From Camelus dromedarius (Eukaryota), in NCBI RefSeq assembly GCF_036321535.1, contig NC_087436.1, forward strand, positions 113,958,001-114,022,000: DNA of 64,000 nt. The letters are read 5' to 3'. Under the pieces are notes generated by a model, which was not told the origin of the DNA, made no database searches, and worked only from the letters and a program-made list of their open reading frames with translations. The first letter of the stretch is position 1. Every line of letters starts with the position of its first letter. The translations under genes and the position numbers were made by a program. Below are positions 25,081 to 38,017 of the stretch, in pieces.

Positions 25081-26245
25081 AACACCTAGGAGGGTGAGTT
25101 TATAAGTTTAGTGACAGATACTTGAAGGGCTTCTAATCTCTCTTTAATGCAGAGAAAACAGCGTGCGTTAAATATGATGGAGTAAGATGACAGTGCACCC
25201 AAGTATGGGAAGAAACAGCAAGGTTTGAAACAGCTATGATAAAAAGAAAAAACTGGGCTTGGAAATCTGGAAGTGTCGGGCAGAGCTGAACTTTCTGCCA
25301 GTGGTGCCTGAACTCTTTCCACTGAACGTCCCAAATGCCCTCTGGCAGAACCCTAATGGAAGCAGTACCCTCCAAGTTAAAAGGAATGTGCTAGTTCTTG
25401 TATTGGATCAACTATACAATTATTTTTCCAGCTTCAACCTCCTCTGCTCACTCCCTCAACTCTCTACTCACATAAGCCTGTGAATCTGTTTTCTGCCAAA
25501 TGTGTTAGTCATAACAGGAACACATTCACATGAGTGAGTGATTTCTGCTCTGACAAAATGTCCTTGCATCAGCACATACCATCAGCATAAATTTCCAGGG
25601 TTGGCCTGCCAGTGGGCCTGACAGCTGCCCCACTCATCACCTCTTTCCCATTGTATCCTTCTCAGAACCCACAATATAAGACTGGCTTATACAAGCCTTT
25701 GATCACTGGACTGTGACTTTGACGGGCTGAGAAGACACTGTTTAAGTTGCTCCATCTGATCTTCTCCACTTATCTCATGACACTTGGGATCAAGTTGCAG
25801 TTTAATACAGGATAAGGAAGCACTTTATAATAACAGCACAGGTGACACAGTGAGGTCACAAGCCACCAGACACTGGTAGTATTTGGGAAGAGGTTGAAGG
25901 TCACCTAGCAGAAAATAAAGAAAATATTCCTGGCTTAGAGAGAAAGAAATTTAACTAAGCTACTTCCCAGACTTCTCCTGGATTCCATGGTTATAGACTC
26001 GGGGAAGTCTGTTTGAAATAAATGCAAAAGTGTTGCATGTGAGGGAACTGAATATACACAAATGATAAAATCCTCAGAAACAATAAGGTGAAGGGAAGGA
26101 AAGATGGCCAAGGAATAGTCAAAATCATATCTCAGCTCATTTCTTTGCTGGCTGAATAACCCTAAAGAATTTACCCAATGTTTATGACACCATTTTCTAT
26201 TTTATAAAAGGAAGCTGATGTCTGTTTTTAATGGTTGTTCTAAGG

Positions 26246-26452
26246 CTGTGTTGGCCAGCTTAGTAGCTACTAACCACATATTGCCATTGAAATTTAAATT
26301 ATTTGAAACTAAATGGCATTAAAAATCAATCCCTCAGGTGGGCCGGCCACATTTGAAGTACTCAGTAGCCACATATGCTGGTGGCTGTCCTTTTGGACCA
26401 AACAGATAGAGGACATTTCTATCGTTACAAAAATTTCTATTTGACAACATTC
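26246..26452 (-). mobile_element. MER3 (hAT-Charlie MITE) inserted in a MIR
   Basis: Full-length match to the recalled MER3 (tagctactaaccacat...gccacatttgaagtactcagtagccacat...acatttctatcgttacaaaaatttctatt). 8-bp TSD ttctaagg/ttttaagg. Confidence 0.85.
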
Positions 26453-27476
26453 TTTTAAGGATTAGAGATAATCTGTAAAAAGAAATATGTTCAGCACATA
26501 TTAGGTACTCAATTATGGTAACTACCTTTTCTTTAATTTCAACTAATCTTTAAGACTATATCAAAGTCTGTGCAAAGTATGTTACATATATTAGTTAACA
26601 TACTTTTCACTCCCACCAGGGATGAGAATGGGAATACTAGTGTTCTGTAGATGAGGAAATGAAGTTTAAACAGATTAAATAATTTTCCAAGGTTACAAAG
26701 ATTACAAGCTCTTATTTTTAGGAATATCTTCAAATCATAAAGGAAAAATTGATCAGAAATGGGTTTCAAGAACTCATTTGCCTGACCACAAACCTGTGCT
26801 GTTACAATCCTGGCAGTGCATTTAAATACACTGAGAATACTGGGAATCCTCCAGCTGTGGTAGAAGGGGGAGCAGAGGATCTTGAGGTCTTCATTCAGGA
26901 GAGAGAAAAACAGGGTCGGGAAAATTCTTAGATGTAAAGGAATAAGGGCTAAAGTAGATGGCCCTTAAGTTCTATAATCTTGGACTCCAGGATTCTGAAA
27001 GACTTCACATTACATGTTCCATTCTGTCAGATATAATTGGAAGGTTTAGTTATTATTGGAAGAAATCGAAGTATTTTATCTTTTTGTCTTTGCCAGTCAA
27101 TACCTGCCTCTTTGAGGAGACCTATGTTCTGAGGAACAGGTAGAGAGGGGCAATTTGATCTTGAAAGCAAAGAAATAGGTTGGGAAATGGGTCCCAGTAG
27201 TTGAGTGTCAGATCTTATAAACAGGACAAATTGTGCTTTTAAGCAGTGTTACTTTTATCTGCCTAAATCCTATGCTTCAGACCTTTGTCCATTGTTTTCT
27301 AAAAGAAATGTCAAGACATTCAAGTAATAAACACAGCAGTGCCGTGTTAAACACATTCCTGATAAAATAAAACAGCAGAATTAACAACTACACAGCAAAT
27401 AATAATAATGAAGAATAATAATAATTGTTGAATTACTATGTTATGAATCAATTAATACAACATCTTAACAGTGATT

Positions 27477-27805
27477 ATATTAGTCAGAATAAGCTAAATT
27501 ATATGACATTGGAAAATACAACAAGAAATCTCAGTGATTTCAGCCAAAAAAGAACTGATTTCTCATTCACAACACAGCTAAATTGAATAATTGTAGCTTT
27601 CCCGGTAGCTCTTTTCTAGGTGACGGTTCTAAGAGCCAATATCTGGAAGTTGTGTTTCCTAAGGGCTAGAGAGTCATGTAGGATATTTAAGGGCCAAGCC
27701 TGGAAGTATTGTACGTTACTTCTGTACCTTCTATTCACCAGAATGCGATCACATGGCCTACAACTCAATTGTAAGAGGTACTGGCATGTGTCACTTTAAT
27801 GTAGG
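27477..27805 (-). mobile_element. MaLR LTR (MLT1J/K-like)
   Basis: tattagtcagaataagctaaattat...aaatctcagtgatttc...gggccaagcctggaagtattgtacgttacttctg...cacatggcctacaactcaattgtaagagg. Confidence 0.55.
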
Positions 27806-27929
27806 CTCAGGAATGATGACCACATGGCTTTGCCCATGAATCAGAGGTCATAAAACATGTTCAGCTTATATGCATCTGCAAGCTCTCTGCTTATTTAAAA
27901 AAAAAAAAAAAGTAGTCCTTTGCTTTTAA

Positions 27930-29560
27930 ATAGCTACTTACTTTTATATTTTTTCCCTAAGTCTTGTTCTACTTAAATGTCATCTTCCCCACCCTTATCA
28001 ACTCCTACTTCATTAAGAATATCAACCCCACCAGATAAACTTTCCACTCTCCTTTCTAGCTGGTCACGCTTCTCTTCAGAGGAGCAGGTCTCCTCCTCTT
28101 GTATAAAGCCAAATCCTCTGTATAAAACATTGGGCTTCTTTTCTTTTTCTAGACTTTGATCTATTAATTATTGCCTCTCTTTCCTGTATCTTTACTTCTG
28201 TGTATTTTTTGTTTCTTTAGTTTATAAACTTGTTGAAATCTTTTTCATCTTAATAACTCTTCCTTGACACTCAGATTGCAGTCCCCCTGTAAACACAGTA
28301 TAGTCTCCATGTTTACCCTTCATTACACAGTCTTGGAAGAATAATGTACACTCACCTCCAATTTATTTCTAAATGTTTATCTTTATAATACTTATCAAAT
28401 ATTTTATTATATATCACTAAATGTTGTGTTTATTGCCCATATCCCCCACTAGACTTCAAGCTTGAGAAGGACCTGACCATATCTTTTTAAATTTGTCTTG
28501 GGAGGGAGGTAATTAGGTCATTTTTTTTTTTAATGGAGGTACTGGGGATTGAACCCAGGACCTTGTGCATGCTAAGCATGTATGTACTCTACCACTGAGC
28601 TACACTCTCCCCCTGACTATATCATTTTTATTCACACTGATTCTCAATGTTAAGCCCAGAGCTTGATATATGGTAGCTACTTTATAAATATTTGGTGATT
28701 AAAACTACTGTAACTTATACAAACTAATCAGTCACATCATCACTATTAAACCTAGTGAATACATTTCTGTCTTTACTTTCTAGGATTATTCTGCTGCATT
28801 TAACACCATTGGGTGACCCAAGTTCTATGAACAAGCTAATCCCTTGGTGTCCTTGACCCATCAAACTCTTAGCTGCTTTCCTACCTCTGTGATGGGTCCT
28901 TCTTAATCGGCTTAATTTTCTACCACATATTCCACTATGCACCCCTCAAGTTTGATCCTTGGGCTCCTTATCCCCTCAATATACTATTGCTAAAAGGGTG
29001 ATTTACCTACTTTTAAGATTTCTACTGCTACTTATACTCTGATGCCTTCCAAAATATATATTAATCCTAGACTTCTTCCTTGAGTCACAAACTGTGGGGA
29101 TAAACAGCCTGTTCGATGTTATCAAAATGTCTTATTGATGTCTCAAAGTGGCCTGGCCCGTATCCGAATGCATTGCTCCCTGAGGTTGCTAATCCATTCT
29201 CACTCTGTATCTCGGGGCCATTATCCATACAGTTATCAAAATAAAAGCCAATGACCCCTATCCCATCCACCCCCCTTTTCCAGACTCTTTATCCATCAGT
29301 CCCACCGCATGACCTACTCTTACACTTCCAAATGTTTCTCGTCTGCTTCTTCTCCTTTCCATCCTTACCGGTTTTCCTGCTTATTTCTTCACACTGGATG
29401 ATGAACAGCCTCCTGCCAATCTCCTTGCCACCAGATCCCTTCCATCCACACGCATTCTGCACACTGCAGCCAAGCTGACTTTTCAGAAGCAACAACTTGA
29501 CCACGTCACACTTTGTTTTAAGTTCCTTCAAAGGGAGTTAGTATAATTAATGTATGGAAA
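27930..29560 (+). mobile_element. L2 LINE fragments (host the young SINE)
   Basis: ccccactagacttcaagcttgagaagg...cccagagcttgatatatggtag; atccttgggctcctt; attctgcacactgcagccaag. Confidence 0.7.
28489..28612 (-). mobile_element. tRNA-Ala-derived camelid SINE (vic-1-like)
   Basis: Reverse complement ggggagagtgTAGCTCAGTGGtagag...cttAGCatgcacaaggtcctgGGTTCAATCCccagtacctcca, then an A-run and cctaattacctccc tail. Pol III A and B boxes are present. TSD cctgaccatatcttttt (28472) / cctgactatatcatttt (28612). Confidence 0.9.
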
Positions 29561-30759
29561 GTCAGGTCTAAATATTTTAAGATGACTCTGAGTTTCCATA
29601 ATACGACCCCTTCCTAGTCTAATCTCTTGACTCTGTGTCTCTAACTTCATGTTCTGCACACATCCTGCTCTTTGTTGCTTTGATACTTTGTTTAAGGAAA
29701 GTTAAGCAAATTTAGCTAACCCCTTCCCATCCTTGGAGTTTTATCTAAGGCTTCACCACATGCAGAAAGTCTCAGTCCCTGTCTACTCTGGAGTAGGCAC
29801 CCTCCTCTATGCTCAGATGATGCCCTAAGTCTGTGACTTTGAACTGCATGGAGTAGAATGCCTTGGTAAAACATGCTGGACATGCCATCTGAATGAGAAA
29901 TAATTCTCTTTTTTAATTAAATCATTGATATCTGGTGGTTAATTTTTGACCCCAGCATAATCTAACCAATTCTGAATAAACTGTGTTTGGCATGTTATAA
30001 ATGAAGAATGAGACACAGAAAAGATAGGTCCCCACTGTGATCACACAGACAAATGGTTCTCTTATCATCTCCAGCTCTGACATTCACTGGAGCTATTTTA
30101 TTAGGAAATGTTCAAAGAGAGCCAATTTGACTAAAGAAGGAAATGAAGAAAATTATGGAAAACTGCTTTCTCTAAGTACAGCAAACATTTGTAGAGTAAA
30201 TGAGTTTGTGGTTTATAATCTGTTTTCCACTCTAGCAAAGCCGGCGCTGTTCCATCTGAGCTGAGAAACTACTGAAGCTTGAATTATCCATGAAGGCGCT
30301 GCCTGTTTATCATGCAGCCTGGCCCACAGAGGACAAGTTTACACACTGAAATGCAATGAGGTCAAATTAGAGATCAGCAAACACTGCTGCACTTTGGTGG
30401 CTGGAACATCATGTGACTGTCCATGTTCAGGAGCCATTTCAATGCCCCTTGGGGAGCAGAATCAAGGAAATGGGCCTTGGAGTGCACATTCAAGGCTTAC
30501 TGGATATTCACAGAATGGTCTGACTGTCTCTCACTGCACCTGCCCCAGATATAGCCAAGGGAGGGAAAGGCAGTGAGGTGGTGAAGCTTGGCTTGTGGTG
30601 TGCTACTTCCAAATGAAAAGACTGGCAAAAGCCTCTTGAGGAAAGGGACAACTACATGCTATCACATCACGTGTTTAGTTCTTCAATAGATGAGGTGGAT
30701 ATGTAACTGGCTCCATTCCATTGTGAATATTTTTGATCAATTGCCATATTTGATTAGTA

Positions 30760-31332
30760 TGTATTAGTTGCTTTGGGGCTTTCTGGAATATAAACCCCTT
30801 TTCCTATGCTTAGTGAATTCCCAACCATATGGTCCTGGTGAAATGCAGAACCGACTTCCCACCTTAGAAGCCAAAAGGCCAGATTACACTTTTCTAGCCT
30901 CTCTTGCACCTTGGGACTTGGCATGTGTTAGCTAATCAAATGCACACAACACTAACTCTGAATTGGGGAGAAGGAACGCAAAGAAGCAGAGGCCTCAAGA
31001 GAATGCATTCTGGGGGAAGAAGCCATGTGGTATCAATTTTCATACACGAAGGAAGCAGTACCCAAGATGACCACCAGAGGGACGTAAACTGGGACGTCCT
31101 GCAGTCTTGGGCAATTGCGACAGTGCCTAGTCAAACTCATTCTGGGCACTGAACAGTTCTGGCTGGGGTGCTGGTGGCCTAGCCTTCCTTGTTCTGGGCC
31201 ATTATCTGCCCCTGGTCCTTCAAACTTCCTGGCAATTGTGTAATTCCCTAACAGACATTTAATAAAGTCCTCTCTTTCTTACATTAGTCAAAGAAAGTTT
31301 CTGTTGTTGCTGTTAACATTCTTGGCTGATAA
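30760..31332 (+). mobile_element. LTR33-like ERVL solo LTR
   Basis: Starts tgtattagttgc; contains cttttctagcctctcttgcacc...ggcatgtg; ends aataaagtcctctctttcttacattagtcaaagaaagtttctgttgttgc...ctgata. Confidence 0.7.
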
Positions 31333-31497
31333 ACTCCCTCACCCACGTGGCACGATTAGGGACATTTCTAAAACAATTATTATGAAAATTGCTGTTATTG
31401 AGGTCTGTTTGTAAAATAGGTGAAGTGAAATGGTCTCAACATTCAAAATCAATGTAACTTGTAATGTGTTTGGTTTAATCTATCATCTTACTTAAAT

Positions 31498-31676
31498 CAG
31501 TGGTTCTCAGCCAGGGCCAATGTTGTCCCCAGAGGACATTGAACTAAGTTTGCTGTTGTCATCTAGTGGGTAGACACCAAGGCTGCTGGTAAACATCCTA
31601 CAATACACAGGACAGTCTCCATGACAGTGAATTATCTGGACCAAAATGTCACTAAAGTGGAGACTGAGGAATCTTT
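31498..31676 (+). mobile_element. MER20 (hAT-Charlie MITE)
   Basis: cagtggttctcagccaggg...catctagtgggtagacaccaaggctgctggtaaacatcctacaatacacaggacag...gaattatctggaccaaaatgtc. 8-bp TSD acttaaat/ccttagat. Confidence 0.85.
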
Positions 31677-31819
31677 CCTTAGATTATTTTAGGTGAAATG
31701 GACTTTGGGGCCAACTAATTACTTGGCTTCCTCAGATTCTAAGAGGCTCTTAAAACTCATAGAGATGATGCCTGAACTACTGTCCATTTTTTATGAAGAC
31801 TGTTTATGTTTAAGTCTTT

Positions 31820-32225
31820 CTCCATCCAATAAACAATTTTTGCCAACTCTACACCAGGTGCCATGATAGGGTAAGGAGGTTAAAAAACAAACGGGATGCT
31901 GTCTTTCAAGATTTTTCACACAAATGGGGAAGACAAGAAACTAAATCATAGGCGTGGCTGTTATAAAGAAAATAAAGGGTTGAGGGGAAACCTGGGTTAA
32001 GTAGTAGAAATTAGCAAGAGAAAATCAACTTGGTGAACGTAGTCACAGAGGCTTCTCTGAGAAGGAGGCATTTATACCAAAGCTGGAGGGAGAGCGTTAC
32101 AAGCAGAGAAACCTATGTTGAATAAAGTCTTAGGAAAGGAAAAGCTGGAGAATTGAAAGGGAACCAGTATTATTATGGACCAGTGGGTGAAGGGAGAGTA
32201 GCAGCAGATAAGGTAGGAAGTATGA
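31820..32225 (-). mobile_element. L2 3' fragment
   Basis: catccaataaacaatttttgccaactctacaccagg..., gtcacagaggcttctctgagaaggagg. Confidence 0.5.
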
Positions 32226-32237
32226 AGAAGACGGTTA

Positions 32238-32880
32238 TGTTGGCCCCCCTGATAGTGACACTATGGCTAGGAATGCTTAAGGCGCTCACCTGGGCCGTAT
32301 TGCTGGTAAGAGTCCCCACAGACGTTTCCGCCACCAAGGCCAATGTTGAACCTGCTCTCTTGGTCCTTATTATGATTGCAGGATGCCCTTCGCAAAAACC
32401 ATCATGGAACTTTGAGAAACAAGATATATTACCCATAGGTTCTGGAGGACAATGGTACATCCAAGAGCCACACAGCAAAGGTGGTGAGGAGAGAGACAGA
32501 GAGATAGAGATAGAGATGGTGATTGAGACAGAGATGAGAGAGAGAGAGAGACGGAGACGGAGACAGAGAGAGAACAGGTGCTCTGCCTTACTAGGGTCCA
32601 GTGCTGGGGCATCTAAGCATTTCAAGGATCACACTTTACTGGCTATTTAAATAAAAGAGTGAGAATTAAGGCATGGGAAGGGAGAAATGGGGGGTCACTA
32701 AGTGGTCAGTTACCTAGGTTACCCAGGGCTTTCTGAAAGACAGAACTTCATGGGTAGTGGCAACCGAATTCCTTATCTAGCTGTTTTTTTAGTAGCTGTG
32801 TCACACAGCTGGCGATTTGCTTGTTCAAGGTGGATGTCTTTTGAAATGGATGCCTTGACAATCAAAAGCTCCATGTCAGG
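32238..32880 (-). mobile_element. ERVL-like LTR with internal GA-rich microsatellite, possibly with a short leader (32238-32343)
   Basis: The minus strand has an LTR-like ccagaacctatgggtaatata motif and ends ...ggttcaaca followed by ttggccttggtggcgg (degraded PBS-like). Family not certain. Confidence 0.5.
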
Positions 32881-33949
32881 CACTTAAAACCACGAAGCCA
32901 TGTCCTGTAGAGCTCTGTAGGCTCTGAGGTGGTAAATCTGCAAAAGGATTCTTCGGTGTACACATCCTTAGTATTCTTGGATTCTTAAGCTTTCTAAACA
33001 TGCAGTTGCTTTGCAATTGCCCAAAATGATTTAAAAAGAATCCATTCAATAACATAGGTTACTTCATTATGACCAGAAGTCCAAATGGACAGTTTTATTT
33101 ATGCCTGATTAATCTAAAAAATGTAAACTCAATTAACTGTGTATTGGGCAGTATAATTTACTGAGTAAACAAAAATCTTGAAAAAGTATATTGTCTGTGA
33201 GGGAGAAATTTGAAATACCCCAAACAAGTCCAACTACTTCATTTTATGCCAGATGAAACTGAAACACCTAGAACAAACATGATTTATTCAAGGTCACACA
33301 ATTCAGAGAACCAAGTTTAAGATCTGCATGTCTACATACCATCTTGATTGATAACTCTTTCCACCAAACCACGCTGCTTAGATGTAATGCATAAAGAAGT
33401 TAAGCTTAATTAAAGGATCGAATCTGGTTTTCTCCCTTTGACCAAAGATCTTCCTTAAATTCTGAACTCATTTGAATGTATGACATTTTCCCCTTTTTCC
33501 AGCATAGATGGAAATTTACTTCAAGAATTACCTTTTTCTTTTGCATCATGAATAATCATCACCATCAGATTAGGGGCCAGCTTAATATTTTCTATATACT
33601 TGGTCCAAACGATTGCCTAGGGATTTTTTGGGTAAATGACCTATGTGGTAGGTGATTATTAATTTCCATTCTATTGCCCATGCGTGGAAGCCTATGCCAG
33701 TGTTCAGACCACTTTTCCTTTAGCTGACAAATACAGTTTCCACCTTGATGCCTCTGAACTGAATTTATAATTGCTGTTAATTAATATCATGCATTTTTTT
33801 CTATACCTGATGAACCCTAGATAAATAAAAGTCCCTAGGAGAACAATTTGGACAGGGGTTAATGGGGGAACCTCTAAATACCCATGATCTACCGGAGGCA
33901 AGTAAGCTGTTGCCTGGGCATCACCTGGGCTGCCCTGATTGAATTCTAG

Positions 33950-34260
33950 AAAGAGATTGTTTGCATAGTGTTGGAGAAAAAGGCGCCTGATGGATCTGAG
34001 ATTAAATTCTAACATTTCTATTTCCTACATGTGAGACCTTAGAACATTTCATAAATGCTTTAAATTTCTGTTTCCTCATTTACAATGGAAAGATGATAGT
34101 GTTTATAGCTAACATTTATTAAGCCTTTACTATTATATTCCTGACACTTCTCTATGTAGTTAATAGGAATCAATATAAGATATGTATTATATCTTGATTA
34201 TAAAGGTACAGAAAAATAAATTCTTTGAATAATTTGCCCAGGATCACACACCTGCAAAAT
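33950..34260. mobile_element. Two MIR fragments, tail-to-tail (+ then -)
   Basis: gatctgagattaaattct...ctgtttcctcatttacaatgg (+); aacatttattaagcctttact...aatttgcccaggatcacac (-). Confidence 0.6.
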
Positions 34261-35499
34261 AACAAAGTAATCATATTCTAAAGCTTCATTCTTTTACTTG
34301 CATAAAACCTATGAAATTTTAGTGCAGCTATTGTGTGTGTTCTTTCTTTCCTTTTTTTTTTTTTTTTTTTTTTTTTTTTGAAAAATGAGTAAACACTGGA
34401 TTCCAGAGATAAAACTGCAAGGCTATTTCATGACCTTGCAAGGCATCCAGCTTCAGCTTCATTCTTAACCCCAGTGAATTTTTATAAAAATCTTGCTGCC
34501 TCAAGAGGAATTCTTTTGTTCTATTATTTTACCTTATTTGCTTTTTAAACTATTACAGATTAATTGAGCTTCATGTGAATTTACCCAGATATGTAGATGT
34601 TCCAGAAAACTTTGACTAGGTCTTGGATTCTGCAGCATTCTTCTGGGTTGTGGGACTGTAGCTGTGGAACCTTTTACACCCATAAGGCAGATGTCTCCAC
34701 TGGATCACTCTCAGCCCTCTCTGTGAACTCCTGTTGTACTTTTTCTTGCAGCTTTGGGCACAGTGCAGTCTACTCTAGGATACATTTAAAAAGATGAAGA
34801 CCATGTAATCTCTGAACAAGACTAGCATATAGCATTATTGAATTTATTGCATTCTTTTGGCACAATAGCAGACCCAGACCAGCATGAGGAAGGTGGAAGC
34901 ACCATCCAAAAAAGCAAGATGGGGCAGGGAACTTAGAATGTTCTGTCCTGCCCACTGAAGATATAAAAAAAAATAAGAAACTCAATAAAACAAGATAAAA
35001 TAGCTCACTGGGGTGTTGAAAATAATAAGTAGATATATAGAAAGGCCTATGGTAATATATCCAGGTCTCAGACGTCAGCGTCCCCCAGAGGCAAACATCA
35101 AGGCTTGCCAAGCGGAGTCCCTAGAGTTAGTGCCGGTCACGTGTTTACCTATGCTGAAGTCCTGCACCTTAGCTGCAGTGCTGAGTTTGAATTTTCAGAG
35201 GAGTTCTTGCAGTTACAAAGCAACAGAAATGAGATTCAAATCAGTCTCACATTTTGGTGCTGTCTTCATAGTTCTATATGAAGTTCCAGTCCCATTCTTG
35301 CTTTTTTGACTTTTCCTCCTCAGCTTTCTTACACTTACGTGCTTTAGTGTCCTGATCTTCACTTTATGCATGTTAAGAAGCATCTCTGGGATTTAAACTT
35401 GCTATCTGGTCCTCTTTACTTGAATGTTGTAATCCCCTCAAACCTCCTCCTGCTGGACTCTCATCATAGGGAATGTGCTTTTGTATTTGTAAATTACTA

Positions 35500-35850
35500 G
35501 AGATTGACACCAGGCATCATCCTTATCTCCTTCTTTGCCCCTTTACCTTCATATCCAATCAATGACCCAGCCATGTGGAAACTACCTTCCACCCCTCCTC
35601 TCCTAGTTGCTGCCATGTTGGTACCATTACCTCTACCCACAATAATTCCTAACAGGCTTTCATGTCTCCTGTCTTTCCCCCTTTCAACTCTTCTCTACAC
35701 TGTTGCCCAGACGTCATTTCTGAAGTTTGCATGTGATCATGGCTGCGTAAAGCCATTGAATGGTTTCTAATTGCTCTTAGATCAAGTTGAAATATATTTT
35801 ACAGCTGTCTGCATCCTCTGGTCCCCCTGCTCATTTCTCCTGCCTTAATT
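35500..35850 (+). mobile_element. L2 fragment
   Basis: tcctaacaggc...ttctctacactgttgcccagacgtcatttctgaa...gccattgaatggtttctaattgctcttagatcaag. Confidence 0.65.
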
Positions 35851-36020
35851 CTTTCCTCCCAATCCCACCACCCCCCTCACTGCCTGCCCTTTGCACAGAC
35901 TTAGAAACATAACCAGGTCCCACCATCAATGAGAGAGAACTTATAAAAATGTGCGAATTTTGATTACTGTCTTTGTTTCAATATATGAAAAGTAATGACT
36001 CTTTGATGATGTGTTTGTTT

Positions 36021-36346
36021 GTTTTTTTTTTAACATTTTTTGTTGATTTATAATCATTTTACAATGTTGTGTCAAATTCCAGTGTTCAGCACAATTTTTC
36101 AGTTATACATGAACATATATATATTCATTGTCACATTTTTTTCTCTGTGAGCTACCATAAGATCTTGTATACATTTCCCTGTGCTCTACAATATAATCTT
36201 GTTTATCTATTCTACAATTTTGAAATCCCATCTATCCCTTCCCACCCTCCACACCCTTGGCAACCACAAGTTTGTATTCTATGTCTATGAGTCTATTTCT
36301 GTTTTGTATTTACACTTTGGTTTTTTTTTTTTGTTGTTGTTGTTGT
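36021..36346 (-). mobile_element. Young 5'-truncated L1 3'UTR with 14-bp TSD
   Basis: TSD tgatgtgtttgttt at 36007-36020 and 36347-36360; close antisense match to 23170-23455. Confidence 0.95.
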
Positions 36347-36544
36347 TGATGTGTTTGTTTCTGCTCCCCCCCCAGATATACCTCTACACAGATCATTCTC
36401 TCTTTGCAAAACATGATTCCCCAGCCATCACACATATACCAACCCTACTTTTCCTGTTAATTGTGTAGCATGTTGGTCAAGACTCTTTGGTTTGTAAGTG
36501 ACAGAAATCCTTCTCAAAGTATGTATAATAATAAAGGTAATAGC

Positions 36545-37080
36545 TTTACACTGGAGTTATCACCTACCCCTCTTCTCAAGGAGCTGCATACTGCCCATCC
36601 GTCTGCCACAGGGGTGGGCTCATGGAGGTAGGTTTTCTATGTATGACATCTTCTGCCTGCCCTGGGCCATAGCAGACTGATCCAAGGTGAACATCTAACC
36701 CAATGAATGAAAAGCTCTCTCCACACTGCCTAAATTGGAATTAGAACCAAAATGTCTTTCTATCTGGCTGAGCCCAAACATATCTTATCTCATGGGGTGG
36801 GATGGCTACATTCTGCCATGTATACCAGACACAGAGAAAGACAATCTTGATAAATAGGGAAAAAAGAAGGAATTAGACATACTAAAAAAAATAAACAAAT
36901 AAAAACAATAGAAATAAGAAGCAGAAAGAATTCCTATATTCTTCTAGTCTCTCTTTCCCATCTTTCCTGGGAGCTGGAAGCAAGTTTTCCTTTGAGTTCT
37001 ATGAGACATCCCTGAGTTTCCTCCCCTGCTTAAGTCTGCTCAGATTGGTTTCCATTATATGAAAGCAAGAGTCCATAATA
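36545..37080 (+). mobile_element. Old ERVL-type LTR (LTR16/LTR33-like)
   Basis: ccctgggccatagcagactgatccaagg...ctgcttaagtctgctcagattggtttccatt...aagagtcc end motif. Confidence 0.45.
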
Positions 37081-37516
37081 ATATATTGTTTGCCAGCTAT
37101 GTAACAGGTAATATATATTATGCATGTATGTGCATATGCATACACAATATGTGCATCATATATGCATACATGTGTGTATATAGTCTCATGTAATTATTGT
37201 AACTCTGAAGTGTTTGTTACAATTTTCATTTTACAGATGAAAAATATGAGACTCACAGAAACTTTGTAATATATTCAAAACCCCACCTATAAAAACTGTG
37301 GAACCAATTATAAAATCAAGATTTTTTTTTTGATAATGAGGTTCAAGTTTTTCCTATTTTTCTGTTTCCAGCCTCTCACTCATTTGGATCTTAACATCAG
37401 TCAACTCTTCATTCATTCATTCATTCATTCAAGAAACACATACTAGATTTCTTCTCCGTGGAAGATACTATTGCAGGCAATTTTCTCATAGCATCTTTTT
37501 GATTATTTGATACTCC

Positions 37517-38017
37517 TGTTGGGAGAGAATTCTCTACGGATCTCTCACATTTCTGCACATCTTATGTCAGCCATCATTCTGGATTAGCTTTTTAAGGATG
37601 TTTGTATAGCAACATACTTAAAAGATAAGGATAGTGTCTTTCCCAGGGCAGAGGGAAAATTTGTTTCCTGGCCAGTATAAAGACAATGTCTCCCTATGGG
37701 GCAAATGTTGGGTACACTTTCCAGCAGACCCCTTTAAAAGACTGCAATTTTCTAAGCTTAACATTTCTCAGCTGTGATGCAGGCCAGTTGAGTACATAGC
37801 ATCCATTTGGCCCACTCTGTATCACCCCATGGTCCTTGGGGACGAGAAAAGCCAATATGAGCATGAAGCTCATGATGTTTACTGAGCCTTGAATAATTAA
37901 GGCCTTTACCTCTGACTCAGGAGTCTTGTGTCTCCCACTGGCACCTATGTGCAGTAGATTCGCTTGTTATCCTGCAAATGAAAAAAAAAAATCTCAGACT
38001 CGTCACAGTACTTGCCT
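37517..38017 (+). mobile_element. LTR40-family ERVL solo LTR
   Basis: Near full-length colinear match to the recalled LTR40 (tgttgggagagaattctc...aaggatgtttgtatagc...ctctgactcaggagtcttgtgtct...aaaatctcagactcgtcacagtacttg). Confidence 0.85.

Noticed and set aside
28535..28612. tRNA-Ala-like sequence
   Set aside because: It has a SINE tail, a TSD, a 4-bp insertion and a damaged acceptor stem, so it is a SINE head, not a tRNA gene.
32153..32650. Overlapping 165-aa (+) and 150-aa (-) ORFs
   Set aside because: They lie in an LTR-like element and are lengthened by a stop-free GA microsatellite (ERERE/SLSLS runs); no recognisable domain.
33950..34260. Tail-to-tail MIR pair as a miRNA-like hairpin (also 62480-62900)
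   Set aside because: The arms are too diverged to show a convincing stem by eye, and such pairs are common.
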